From Sporosarcina sp. HYO08 (lineage in GTDB: Bacteria > Bacillota > Bacilli > Bacillales_A > Planococcaceae), in assembly GCF_001563475.1 (NCBI RefSeq), contig NZ_LPUT01000003.1, positions 19,632 to 43,631 of the forward strand: a stretch of DNA of 24,000 bases. Direction: 5' to 3'. Both the position numbers and the translations under genes were made by a program. The notes beneath the pieces were generated by a model. It ran no database searches. It saw nothing but the letters and a program-made list of their open reading frames with translations, and had not been told where the DNA came from. Positions 1 to 7,987 of the stretch are shown here, piece by piece; positions within the stretch are counted from its first letter, which is position 1; each line of letters starts with the position of its first letter.

Positions 1-136
1 GATCTGGCATAGAGAAGTTAATATTCGTACGAATCGTTTTGAATTGTTCCGAAACGACTGATCGCGGATTCGTAAACGTCACGATTTTCCGTGCCGCCGC
101 TTGAATAATCTTCGGTTTCTTTTTAAACACGAACAC
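1..136 (-). CDS. BY-type tyrosine-protein kinase (CapB/YwqD/EpsB-like), first 45 codons only; gene runs off the left edge
   Basis: Truncated, so absent from the ORF track. The minus-strand frame from GTG 136..134 reads VFVFKKKPKIIQAAARKIVTFTNPRSVVSEQFKTIRTNINFSMPD. The P.S..SEQF.TIRTNI.F block is the conserved N-terminus of Firmicute capsule/EPS tyrosine kinases. The start overlaps the stop of the upstream Wzz-like gene, as in the usual modulator-kinase pair. Confidence 0.55.
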   Translation of the reverse strand, partial: MFVFKKKPKIIQAAARKIVTFTNPRSVVSEQFKTIRTNINFSMPD

Positions 137-866
137 TGCCTCCTCTTCTGCTTCGGCTGCGCGCTGATTTTCTTTCCGTCGCTGGATCTTTTTCAACAAT
201 TGGACTAACGATACCTAAGATTGGCAAATTGATCAATTCCTCGATGTCTTGCTCTGTTTTCACTGTCGTATCTAAGTATTCGAGTAAAAAGGCGATGCCA
301 ACGCCGAGCATTAATCCAATCACTGCGGCAATCGCCATATTCAAATACGGATCTGGCTTGATCGGTTTTGGATCGGCCGCTAAAACCGCTGGGGAAAGAA
401 TGTTGACGTTGTCGACATTCATAAGCGTTTGGATTTTTTCTTGGAATACTTCTGCTGTTGTATTGGCGATATCAGCTGCTACATAAGGGTTTGGATCTTG
501 CACACTCAAATTCACGACTTGGGAGTTTTGCGCACTATTGACCGTAATTTGGGATTTCAATCCATTCGGTGAACGATCCAGGTCCAATCGTTCAATGACT
601 TCGGTTAAAATGGCTGGACTTGTAATGATCACGTTATATGTATTGATCAACTGCAAATTCGTTTGAATTTCTTGAGCATTAAATTGGTTCGGGTCATTTT
701 GTGTTTTATTGACCAAAATTTGCGTTGACGCTTGGTGAATCGGTGTCATCAAAAAAAAGCTAACGCCTGCCGCAACTCCTACGGCAAGAATGACTGCGCT
801 GATGATTAACACTAAACGTTTTTTCAACGTTTTCAATAAGTCTTGTAAACTAATCGTCTCTTCCAT
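123..866 (-). CDS. Polysaccharide chain-length determinant / BY-kinase transmembrane modulator (Wzz family, CapA/YwqC-like)
   Basis: ORF 123..944. I prefer ATG 866 (MEETISLQDLL...), which follows a GGAGAA RBS. There is one N-terminal and one C-terminal TM helix around a periplasmic-type domain, and a basic C-terminal tail. The kinase gene lies immediately downstream. Confidence 0.8.
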   Translation of the reverse strand: MEETISLQDLLKTLKKRLVLIISAVILAVGVAAGVSFFLMTPIHQASTQILVNKTQNDPNQFNAQEIQTNLQLINTYNVIITSPAILTEVIERLDLDRSPNGLKSQITVNSAQNSQVVNLSVQDPNPYVAADIANTTAEVFQEKIQTLMNVDNVNILSPAVLAADPKPIKPDPYLNMAIAAVIGLMLGVGIAFLLEYLDTTVKTEQDIEELINLPILGIVSPIVEKDPATERKSARSRSRRGGSVRV

Positions 867-983
867 TTTGTGGTTCTCCTTTACTACGACTAAATTCGTG
901 TACAAGTATAGCATACAAAATTTTGTTTGGGGTCGTTCTTTCAAAACTGTTCCGTATTCGTAGAATTATGATACAATCGCTTT

Positions 984-1454
984 ATGAAAAAACTACTTAT
1001 CTTTGCTATTCTAATTGGCGCTTTGTTTGTATCTTCTGGCCAAACGTATGAGCAGCAATCTCTTATTCCGACGTTGCAGAAACTATTTCCAGATAAACCG
1101 ATGGAAGATCAGTTATCGACGTTGGAAGTTCCGTATTGGGGAAAGAAGATTTCCGTTGAGGAACGGGGCTATTATTATTTTGTAGAGTTCCTGGTGCGGA
1201 AAAGTGCGCATTTTTTCATTTTCGGATTGCTTGCGACGGTCATTTATTTATTGTTACCGAAGCGCAGTTTCCGAATGCTCGGTGCGTTATTTTTCACATT
1301 GCTTTTTGCGATTGGTGATGAATACCATCAATCCCTTACAGGTGGACGCACAGCATCTTTTCAAGATGTGCTCCTCGACATGTCGGGCGCAGTTACTTTT
1401 TTAATCGTTATTCGGCTATTGACGGCTATAAAAAGACTATTAAAAATCCGCTAG
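984..1454 (+). CDS. VanZ-family membrane protein
   Basis: 156 aa with several TM helices. Has the VanZ-like motif GDEYHQSLTGGRTASFQDVLLDMSGA. Confidence 0.7.
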   Translation: MKKLLIFAILIGALFVSSGQTYEQQSLIPTLQKLFPDKPMEDQLSTLEVPYWGKKISVEERGYYYFVEFLVRKSAHFFIFGLLATVIYLLLPKRSFRMLGALFFTLLFAIGDEYHQSLTGGRTASFQDVLLDMSGAVTFLIVIRLLTAIKRLLKIR

Positions 1455-1482
1455 GACGCTAGTTTCGTCCAGCGGATTTTTG
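1443..1482. terminator. Bidirectional intrinsic terminator shared by the convergent VanZ gene and the 1535..2266 gene
   Basis: Stem AAATCCGCT(A)GGACG / CGTCCAGCGGATTT (~13 bp, 7-nt loop). T-run follows on the plus strand and an A-run precedes it. Confidence 0.7.
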
Positions 1483-1534
1483 AGTTCCTTCTATTATATA
1501 GTGGTTTTTCGACACTATTCGACAGGTGGTAGTT

Positions 1535-2266
1535 TTATAGACCCGTCACTTTGTCTAGTATGCCATCACGTCGTGCTTTTTTCGTTGCTTCGTATTCGCT
1601 TTTGAAACTTTGAGCGTAGGACTTGTCATAACCATGTTTGACCAGATCGTTTTCGACAGCGTTTAAGACGGTGTGGAATGCTGCGTCTGTATTCGCTTCT
1701 AATGCGTTAGCCGCTCCGGCATATTTATTGTAAAAGTAGCCATAATCAACGCTTTCGCCATTCGCCTTTTTGGCATTGTATTCGCCCTGGGCACGACCGA
1801 TGAGCGCGCCGAGTTTTTGGTCAGCTTGTGCTTCTAAGTTCGAGAATGTTGGTGCATATTTTTGCTTGATGGCCGCGACAGTTGGTTTGCTTGCCGGTTG
1901 TGCTGGACTTGTAGTTGGTTGACGCGTTGACGAATTATTTGTCGTTGTCGTTGTTGTTGTTGTTGTTTGACTTTTACCTGTTTGTGTTGGATTTTGCGAT
2001 TGATTTCCAGCAGTGGATGATTCGTCGGATGTTGTTTGCTCTCCGTTAGTTGTTCCGTTTGATGCATCCCCTTCAGCGACTTCCTGATCTTCTAACGAAA
2101 ACTCATCGCCCGGTAATTCGATCGTGTACGGTTCTTCGACAATCGTATCGACCTCTTCATCCGCCACATCGTATTGTTTGAATTTTAGTATGTACAGTAG
2201 GTAACCACCGATTGCCAGCGCAAGAACTGCAAAGATCGTTAATGAAATTTTTAAAAACTTTTTCAT
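1535..2266 (-). CDS. Membrane-anchored protein with a Thr/Ser/Gln-rich low-complexity linker; function unknown
   Basis: 243-aa ORF with AAAGGAG RBS. N-terminal TM anchor (ISLTIFAVLALAIGGYLLYIL), a TTTTTTTTT run, and a C-terminal ~110-aa helical domain I do not recognise. Confidence 0.6.
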   Translation of the reverse strand: MKKFLKISLTIFAVLALAIGGYLLYILKFKQYDVADEEVDTIVEEPYTIELPGDEFSLEDQEVAEGDASNGTTNGEQTTSDESSTAGNQSQNPTQTGKSQTTTTTTTTTNNSSTRQPTTSPAQPASKPTVAAIKQKYAPTFSNLEAQADQKLGALIGRAQGEYNAKKANGESVDYGYFYNKYAGAANALEANTDAAFHTVLNAVENDLVKHGYDKSYAQSFKSEYEATKKARRDGILDKVTGL

Positions 2267-2308
2267 TGAATCGTAACTCCTTTTCTTCCAATTTCACACT
2301 AGTTTACC

Positions 2309-2404
2309 AAAAAACGAAGTGCCTGGCACCATTGAACACTAAATATCGTATCAAAATGGATGATGATACGATATTTTAACAGTGTGTGGTGGTGCCAGGC
2401 ACTT
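2309..2404 (-). terminator. 88-bp near-perfect palindrome plus T-run; terminator of the SLH-protein gene
   Basis: Outer arms AAGTGCCTGGCACCA (2317-2331) / TGGTGCCAGGCACTT (2390-2404). Inner arms AAATATCGTATCA (2341-2353) / TGATACGATATTT (2364-2376). On the minus strand it is followed by CGTTTTTTGG. Confidence 0.65.
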
Positions 2405-2411
2405 TTAGAGA

Positions 2412-4316
2412 TTAGTTGATGTATTTGACGGATGCTAGGAAGTTATAAAGGATTTTCGACATTTGGGCACGGTCCGCATCGGCTGATGGACGGAACGTGT
2501 TGTCTGTATAGCCGTCTAAGAATCCTGCCTGATAGACACGTTCCACATGATCGCGGGATGCTGGACCAATGGACTTATAGTCTTTGAATGCTGTTGATTT
2601 CTTCTCTGCATCGAATGTCACTTTTTCTTTTCCGACATAATCGATCGCGCGGCTGATCATGATCGCAGCCTGATCGCGTGTGATTTTTTGATTTGGACGG
2701 AATGTGCCGTCTTCGTAGCCTGCCACAATGCCTGCTTCGACGACTGCAGCGATTTCTCCGTTTTTATTGACCGCTTGGCTTGTCGATACGTCTTTGAATT
2801 TTTTAGCATCTTTATCCGCAGGGACAATGCCGAGACCGCGGGAAAGAATCGCCGCAAACTCACCGCGTGTAATCGTTGCCGTCGGTTGGAAGTTCGTTTC
2901 TGTCTTTCCGTTTACGACCATACGGGAAGCTAACTTTTCAATGTACTCTTCCGCAAAGCTTACGCCGTTGTCAACGTCTATGAACGTTTTGGAGTTTTCA
3001 ATGAGCGTATAGACGGAGTTGCCGGAACGGTACAAGTCAGCTGTTTTGTTATCTGCGCCAACATATGTCGGAACCGCGGTTACGTTGCCGTTCGCGTCAA
3101 CTGTAACGCCTACAGTCGTCTGTGGGTTTACAGGATTTGTTGCTGTCACTGTTCGTTTAACCGGCATCGGAAACACGCTGATTTGAACAGACTTGCCGTT
3201 TGGTGCAACAAGCGCGACTTCGAAGTTAACTGCGTCAGAAAGCGTCTTATAGTTGGCGTTGCCATCTAATGGGTTGTCCACTTTTTCTGCAGTGATGTTT
3301 AATTTTAATTCAGCCGCTTCAACGCCCAGTTCTTTTGCGACTGCGCCTACGTCGATTGACGTGACAGGCAATTCATAGGATGTGTCGCCAAAGTTTACGG
3401 CAATGACTGCATTTGCATTTTTGTTTTCAACTGCCGTGAGTACTGGTAGCGGAATGCTGATGTTTGTTGCGTTTTCAGGTGTCGTGATCGTTAGTTTGTC
3501 TAGTGATGGTGCTTTTGTGATTGCGTCAATGACTGCTTCTGGATTGCTTTCGATTGCGTCTGTGTCGGTTTCGACAGATGTTTCTTTGTCACCTGGCTCT
3601 TCTCCGCCCGGTTCACCGTCGCCTGGTTCTTCTCCTGGTTCTTCATCGACAGGCGGAGGGGTGATTGGGCCGCCGCCACTGCTAGGAGGATTTAGGTAGG
3701 TATTGAATGCTGTTTGAATACCATTAATGATTGAAGTGTCAGGTACTTTAATAACAGGTTTTAGGCTATCTGGAACATTACTACCAAGATAAACTTGGAA
3801 AAGGTCATTATATAAACCAGAGCCTAGAAGATCGCTGTATTGACTTGTTGTTAAATCATTAACAGCCTTCGTTAAAGCATTTACAACGCTAGTAAAATAT
3901 GTAACTAGCTCTTCGGATGTAACGTCTTCTTTTTTAGATGCAACAGCTTCTTTAAACTCACTGTACTTAGATTGAAGATTTGGTTCTGTTACATCACTAA
4001 GAAGTTTGAATGTTAATAAATTTTTATATTCCAAACCGATATAGTTTGGGGAGTTTGGATTCGCATAGCTTTCTTCAAGGGACTTCGACGGATCTTTACC
4101 TAATTCTTGCATGACAATGCGAATTAAATGTTTTTTCGTCGTGTCAAGTTTATTAAACTCCGTGATGAAGTCCTTAATCGCCTTTTTTTCCCCTTCTGTA
4201 AGATTTGTAGGAGCCGCCGCACTTGCTTCAACATCAACCGCCAACACCGGCGTCAACGCCACTGCCCCCACCATTGCCATTTTTAATACTTTTGCTCGAT
4301 CCTTCTTTCTCGTCAT
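2412..4316 (-). CDS. Secreted cell-wall-anchored protein with three C-terminal SLH (S-layer homology) domains
   Basis: 634 aa. Signal peptide (KVLKMAMVGAVALTPVLAVDVEASA), a P/G/E-rich linker (PPPVDEEPGEEPGDGEPGGEEPGD), and three SLH repeats (FIDV...TRGEFAAIL, FKDV...TRDQAAIMI, FKDY...DRAQMSKIL). Confidence 0.85.
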   Translation of the reverse strand: MTRKKDRAKVLKMAMVGAVALTPVLAVDVEASAAAPTNLTEGEKKAIKDFITEFNKLDTTKKHLIRIVMQELGKDPSKSLEESYANPNSPNYIGLEYKNLLTFKLLSDVTEPNLQSKYSEFKEAVASKKEDVTSEELVTYFTSVVNALTKAVNDLTTSQYSDLLGSGLYNDLFQVYLGSNVPDSLKPVIKVPDTSIINGIQTAFNTYLNPPSSGGGPITPPPVDEEPGEEPGDGEPGGEEPGDKETSVETDTDAIESNPEAVIDAITKAPSLDKLTITTPENATNISIPLPVLTAVENKNANAVIAVNFGDTSYELPVTSIDVGAVAKELGVEAAELKLNITAEKVDNPLDGNANYKTLSDAVNFEVALVAPNGKSVQISVFPMPVKRTVTATNPVNPQTTVGVTVDANGNVTAVPTYVGADNKTADLYRSGNSVYTLIENSKTFIDVDNGVSFAEEYIEKLASRMVVNGKTETNFQPTATITRGEFAAILSRGLGIVPADKDAKKFKDVSTSQAVNKNGEIAAVVEAGIVAGYEDGTFRPNQKITRDQAAIMISRAIDYVGKEKVTFDAEKKSTAFKDYKSIGPASRDHVERVYQAGFLDGYTDNTFRPSADADRAQMSKILYNFLASVKYIN

Positions 4317-4495
4317 TTCCTCACCTCATGGTATGATTTTTATCAATCAAAATTCTCTATTCTTCTACTACCCTACTATAAATAACATATTTTTCAATAT
4401 TTCACTCCAACATTTCTACTAATTTTTATTTTTTCACTGTCAGACGTTGCTACTAAACTACTAAAATGTCCCACAATTCTTGCTTTCACAGTACC

Positions 4496-4524
4496 TTGCA
4501 TTGATTAATACCAAATGATAAACT
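4496..4524 (+). promoter_or_regulatory. Candidate sigma-A promoter of the PadR operon
   Basis: TTGCAT (4496-4501), 17-nt spacer, TAAACT (4519-4524), preceded by TGa (extended -10). Confidence 0.4.
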
Positions 4525-4535
4525 GAACATATCAT

Positions 4536-4545
4536 ATAGTACTAT
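4536..4545. promoter_or_regulatory. Perfect 10-bp palindrome; candidate operator for PadR autoregulation
   Basis: ATAGTACTAT lies between the candidate -10 and the RBS of the PadR gene. Confidence 0.3.
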
Positions 4546-4579
4546 TCATTAAACAATAGTGAAAGGAGTGTTTCCCCTG

Positions 4580-4903
4580 ATGAATGTGCAGTTCAAAAAA
4601 GGTGTGCTGAATCTTTGTGTGTTGGCATTGCTTGAGCAAGAAGATCGTTATGGGTATGAACTCGTGCAGAAGATTTCCGGTCAGATTGCGATTTCGGAAG
4701 GATCGGTGTATCCCCTGCTGCGGCGTTTGACGAAGGAAGGGTATTTTACGACGTATTTGAAGGAGTCGACGGAGGGGCCGCCGCGGAAATATTATCAGTT
4801 GACGGAAGAGGGCCGGGCGTATTTGCAAGAGCAGCTAAGTGAGTGGCGGAAGTTTACGGATGGGGTTAATGCTTTACTAAAGGAGAGTGTGCGAAATGAC
4901 TGA
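4580..4903 (+). CDS. PadR-family transcriptional regulator
   Basis: ATG 4580 lies 11 nt after AAAGGAG. Winged-helix signature GVLNLCVLALLEQEDRYGYELVQKI...EGSVYPLLRRLTKEGYF...YYQLTEEG. Confidence 0.85.
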   Translation: MNVQFKKGVLNLCVLALLEQEDRYGYELVQKISGQIAISEGSVYPLLRRLTKEGYFTTYLKESTEGPPRKYYQLTEEGRAYLQEQLSEWRKFTDGVNALLKESVRND

Positions 4904-5915
4904 ACAGCAATTTCTTATGGAACTGGAGAATGCGTTGAAGCGGCTGCCATCTGATGAGCGGAATGATATACTCCAGGACATTCGCGAATATTTTATGGAT
5001 GGTCGGGAAGATGGAAAAACGGACGCGGAAATTGCGGCTTCGCTTGGTTCGCCGATTGGCATTGCAGAAGAGCTGCTTGCTGCTTATGATTTTTCGGAAG
5101 CTGAAGTGAATACTCCTTCTGCGAATGAATTGATGACAATTGAAAAGCTTTATAAAAATATTAATATTGACGTACAGCACGGTGCATTAACGATTATGCC
5201 TTCATTGGGTGATGTGACGACGATAGAGTTGGTCGGACGACAAGATAAAATGCAGCTGACGGCGGATGTCATTGCGGATACGCTACATGTAAACTTGCAT
5301 GGATCATGGCTTTGGTCTTTCATGTTCGGCCTTCGTTCCGTAACCGTCAATGTATTGATGCCAAAGAAACTGTATGAAACGGTGACGGTCAAATCGGATA
5401 ATGGAAAAATCGCAGCTGAAAAATTGCTTGGGCAAAGAATCAACATTCGATCCAAGAATGGGCGCATCTCGTTAACCGAAATGGCCGCATCTTCGCTCAG
5501 TGCTGAGACGAACAATGGACGAATTGATATTGCAAAAGTGCAAACTGACAGGCTGCAAGCGAAGACGGATAATGGACGGATTGAGCTTCGGGCAATTGAA
5601 GCCGAGCATATCGCGGTGGAGTCTGATAACGGGCGCATCCAAATGGTTCAAGTGTCCGGCGACATAACCGGCACGACGGATAACGGACGGATTTCGCTTC
5701 AGACGGATCATCTGGATCGAAATATCGATTTGCAGACGGACAATGGCAGCATTGAACTCCAATCGGATATGAAGCCGACGAATGTGGACATTCGGGCAAA
5801 GACGAATCATGGCCGAGTGGATGTCTTTGGCGGGCGCAATTCACGCACGGTCATTGGTGCTGGGGAAAATGTGATTCGACTGAAGTCTGCGAATGGGCGG
5901 ATTACGGTGGGTTGA
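4896..5915 (+). CDS. DUF1700 (HAAS-type, PadR-associated) N-terminal domain fused to a DUF4097 beta-helix repeat domain
   Basis: ATG 4896 overlaps the PadR stop and follows AAGGAGAG. N-terminus is MTEQQFLMELENALKRLPSDERNDILQDIREYF. The C-terminal half carries about 10 repeats of the [DN]NG[RK]I motif typical of DUF4097. Confidence 0.75.
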   Translation: MTEQQFLMELENALKRLPSDERNDILQDIREYFMDGREDGKTDAEIAASLGSPIGIAEELLAAYDFSEAEVNTPSANELMTIEKLYKNINIDVQHGALTIMPSLGDVTTIELVGRQDKMQLTADVIADTLHVNLHGSWLWSFMFGLRSVTVNVLMPKKLYETVTVKSDNGKIAAEKLLGQRINIRSKNGRISLTEMAASSLSAETNNGRIDIAKVQTDRLQAKTDNGRIELRAIEAEHIAVESDNGRIQMVQVSGDITGTTDNGRISLQTDHLDRNIDLQTDNGSIELQSDMKPTNVDIRAKTNHGRVDVFGGRNSRTVIGAGENVIRLKSANGRITVG

Positions 5916-6104
5916 GGGGAACTCGGCTGGCGTTGCGGGAAACTCAGGCGCTGTTGAGGGGAACTCGACTGGCGTTGCGGGTAACTCGGGCGCTGTTGGG
6001 GGGAACTCGGCTGGCGTTGCGGGGAACTCGACTGGCGTTGCGGGGAACTCAAGCGCTATTGAGGGGAACTCGACCACCTTTGCGGGAAACTCGCTCCAAA
6101 CTGG
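5916..6104. repeat. Tandem array of 9 x 21 bp (consensus GGGGAACTCGRCTGGCGTTGC alternating with GGGRAACTCRGGCGCTGTTGR)
   Basis: Units start at 5916, 5937, 5958, 5979, 6000, 6021, 6042, 6063 and 6084. Units 1 and 5 are identical, and units 3 and 6 are identical. The array starts one base after the stop codon of the DUF4097 gene and ends before the terminator at 6127. Confidence 0.9.
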
Positions 6105-6126
6105 CTGCATAAGTTACACATAGCAC

Positions 6127-6165
6127 AAGCAGTGTCTCCCCTAACATGGAACACTGCTTTTGTTT
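6127..6165 (+). terminator. Intrinsic terminator after the PadR operon and repeat array
   Basis: Stem AAGCAGTGT (6127-6135) / ACACTGCTT (6151-6159), then TTTTGTTT. Confidence 0.6.
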
Positions 6166-6231
6166 ATTCCTAAAATTATCACACTAGTCTGTCAAAACGT
6201 GGTAGTATAGATAAAAGGGGGATGGACGACC

Positions 6232-6825
6232 ATGGACTTATCGCAAATGAGGAAAAATCTATCGATCAAAAGTAAAAACGGCATTTCCTTTTTGATGGCG
6301 GGATCAGTGATCTGGGGGTTAATCACCGTCATCTATTTGCTGCCATTGGACATCCGGGAACAGAATCTTTTGATGTTATTTTCAACGGGGTTAATGTTTC
6401 CGCTTTCAATTGTGTTCTCCAAACTGTTGCACATCGATTGGAAATCGAAAGACAATCCATTAGGGGAATTGGGTTTGTATTTGAATTTGGCGCAATTGGT
6501 CTATTTTCCAATGTTGTTTTGGATGTTCGTTTCTAGTCCGTATGAAATGAACCTATTTTTTGCGATGATTACAGCCGCGCATTTCTTTCCTTTTGGCTGG
6601 CTTTACCGGACAAAGCTGTATACGACTTTTTCGCCGATCATCGTCTTGCTCGTTTTTTTCATTGGCACGAATTTGAATGGTGAAAATTTGTGGATGATCC
6701 CTTGCACAATGCTCGTTTCGCTCACTTTCTTAAACGTTTTCCTTTTTGTGGATTATCGAAAAAAGGCGGAGCATATGTCTAAACAGATGAAGGGGTTACA
6801 GTTTACGGTGAAAGGTGAAATTTGA
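6232..6825 (+). CDS. Polytopic integral membrane protein, function unknown
   Basis: 197 aa with about 6 predicted TM helices. AAAGGGGGA RBS lies upstream of ATG 6232. I recognise no family motif. Confidence 0.6.
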   Translation: MDLSQMRKNLSIKSKNGISFLMAGSVIWGLITVIYLLPLDIREQNLLMLFSTGLMFPLSIVFSKLLHIDWKSKDNPLGELGLYLNLAQLVYFPMLFWMFVSSPYEMNLFFAMITAAHFFPFGWLYRTKLYTTFSPIIVLLVFFIGTNLNGENLWMIPCTMLVSLTFLNVFLFVDYRKKAEHMSKQMKGLQFTVKGEI

Positions 6826-6831
6826 ACATTG

Positions 6832-6866
6832 AAAAACGCTTGGGTGAATTTTTTCCAAGCGTTTTT
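6832..6866. terminator. Bidirectional intrinsic terminator
   Basis: AAAAACGCTTGG (6832-6843) / CCAAGCGTTTTT (6855-6866), with A/T runs on both sides, between convergent genes. Confidence 0.75.
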
Positions 6867-6876
6867 GTTTTGCCTA

Positions 6877-7110
6877 TTAACTGTTGATGGAATTCATGAT
6901 ATCTGATTCTACATTTTTAACGTTTTGTTCGCCGACGCGTTTTTTAATTTCCTCTTCGGAAAGCGGCGGTGGAATTTCATCGAATGACATGGCGATTTCT
7001 TCTTTTGGAATTTCTACGTTTTCATACTGGGCGCTTCTGGCATTAATTTCACGGCCATATCTTTCCGCTTCTTCGACTGTCATACGGTTGTTTTCGGGTT
7101 TTTTAAACAA
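6877..7110 (-). CDS. Small acidic hypothetical protein (77 aa)
   Basis: ORF sits between a terminator and a plausible upstream region. Sequence is Glu-rich and not recognised. Confidence 0.5.
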   Translation of the reverse strand: MFKKPENNRMTVEEAERYGREINARSAQYENVEIPKEEIAMSFDEIPPPLSEEEIKKRVGEQNVKNVESDIMNSINS

Positions 7111-7308
7111 ACGAATGCACCTCGCTTTAGTTTACACATACTTTACCCATTATTTGACGAAACAAACGGGTGAATTTGCTATAGTAGAATAAGGGAAAGA
7201 ATTTAGGAATTTTTATGACAAGCATACATATAGTAGATATACTATTTAGGTTTTTAATGAAGAAAGTGGGTAGATGCTTGATCTAGACGAGTGAAAGGAT
7301 GGTTGCGA

Positions 7309-7761
7309 ATGGCGACAATTCTCATTGATGCGGATGGATGTCCGGTTGTGAATGAAACAATTCGCATTGCCCGGCAATTTGGTTTACGCTGCATACTGAT
7401 TTGTGATACGGCACATGAGTTTCATCGCGATGGGGCGGAAACAATTATTGTGTCCAAAGGTGCGGATGCAGTGGATTTTGTGCTTGTGAATCGCGTGCAA
7501 AAGGATGACATTGTCGTGACGCAAGATTATGGGCTAGCGGCGATGGTCCTTGCGAAGAAAGGTCATCCGATCGATCAAAATGGACGACTCTATACGGAGG
7601 AAAATATCGATCAATTATTATTTGCACGGCATGCGGCACAAAAAGTGAGAATGGCAGGCGGACGGTTAAAAGGTCCGAAAAAACGCTCGAAGGAGAGCAA
7701 TATACGGTTTGAAGAAAACTTAACACAATTATGTACACGCCTTGCGCGTCGTGATGAATGA
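7309..7761 (+). CDS. yqxD: YaiI/YqxD family protein (UPF0178 / DUF188)
   Basis: ATG 7309 follows AAAGGATGG. MATILIDADGCPV...VTQDYGLAAM... matches the conserved N-terminus and core of the YaiI/YqxD family. Confidence 0.8.
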   Translation: MATILIDADGCPVVNETIRIARQFGLRCILICDTAHEFHRDGAETIIVSKGADAVDFVLVNRVQKDDIVVTQDYGLAAMVLAKKGHPIDQNGRLYTEENIDQLLFARHAAQKVRMAGGRLKGPKKRSKESNIRFEENLTQLCTRLARRDE

Positions 7762-7767
7762 TAGAAC

Positions 7768-7812
7768 CAGTCCCGGTGGTCGGTTGATCTGACCTGCCGG
7801 GACTATTTTTTT
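7768..7812 (+). terminator. Intrinsic terminator of yqxD
   Basis: AGTCCCGG (7769-7776) / CCGGGACT (7797-7804) with inner GGTC/GACC pairing, followed by ATTTTTTT. Confidence 0.75.
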
Positions 7813-7987
7813 GCTGTGTGTTTTGCGATTGGTTGGTGACTAGGGCGCTTTGGTTGGACACTTAGCGCTCCCCATCATTTTTCCCTCTAGTCATCTTTTG
7901 TACAAGTCTCACGTACTGTGTGTAAAGCATTTCTTTCGTAAAACGATAATTACGCGGATGCCCCATCATAATTTTGGAGGTAAGCCT

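Noticed and set aside
5150-5844. Antisense ORFs inside the DUF4097 gene (5150..5638-, 5472..5810-, 5497..5844-).
   Set aside because: They overlap a well-supported plus-strand gene with a clear domain repeat. Open antisense frames are expected from the repetitive DNGRI-encoding sequence.
5916-6104. Possible CRISPR array.
   Set aside because: Units are directly contiguous with no unique spacers, the 21-bp repeats are not palindromic, and no cas genes or leader are present.
5807-6123. Five track ORFs (5807..6052-, 5841..6110-, 5893..6123+, 5912..6112+, tail of 5497..5844-) with repetitive products such as GNSAGVAGNS or RLALRGT.
   Set aside because: They all lie on the 21-bp (period-3) GC-rich tandem array, which keeps most frames on both strands open. 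They lack RBSs and are mutually overlapping, so I treated the region as a non-coding repeat.
7445-7861. 138-aa minus-strand ORF across the yqxD 3' half and its terminator.
   Set aside because: Antisense to a confidently assigned gene, spans an intrinsic terminator, no RBS.
7850-7987. Long N-terminal extensions in the track ORFs for bpsA (7850), pckA (21064), Wzz (944), PadR (4559), yqxD (7291), the helicase (16003) and crcB (13839).
   Set aside because: Internal starts with well-spaced Shine-Dalgarno sequences give N-termini that match family expectations. The extensions cross promoter or terminator sequence.
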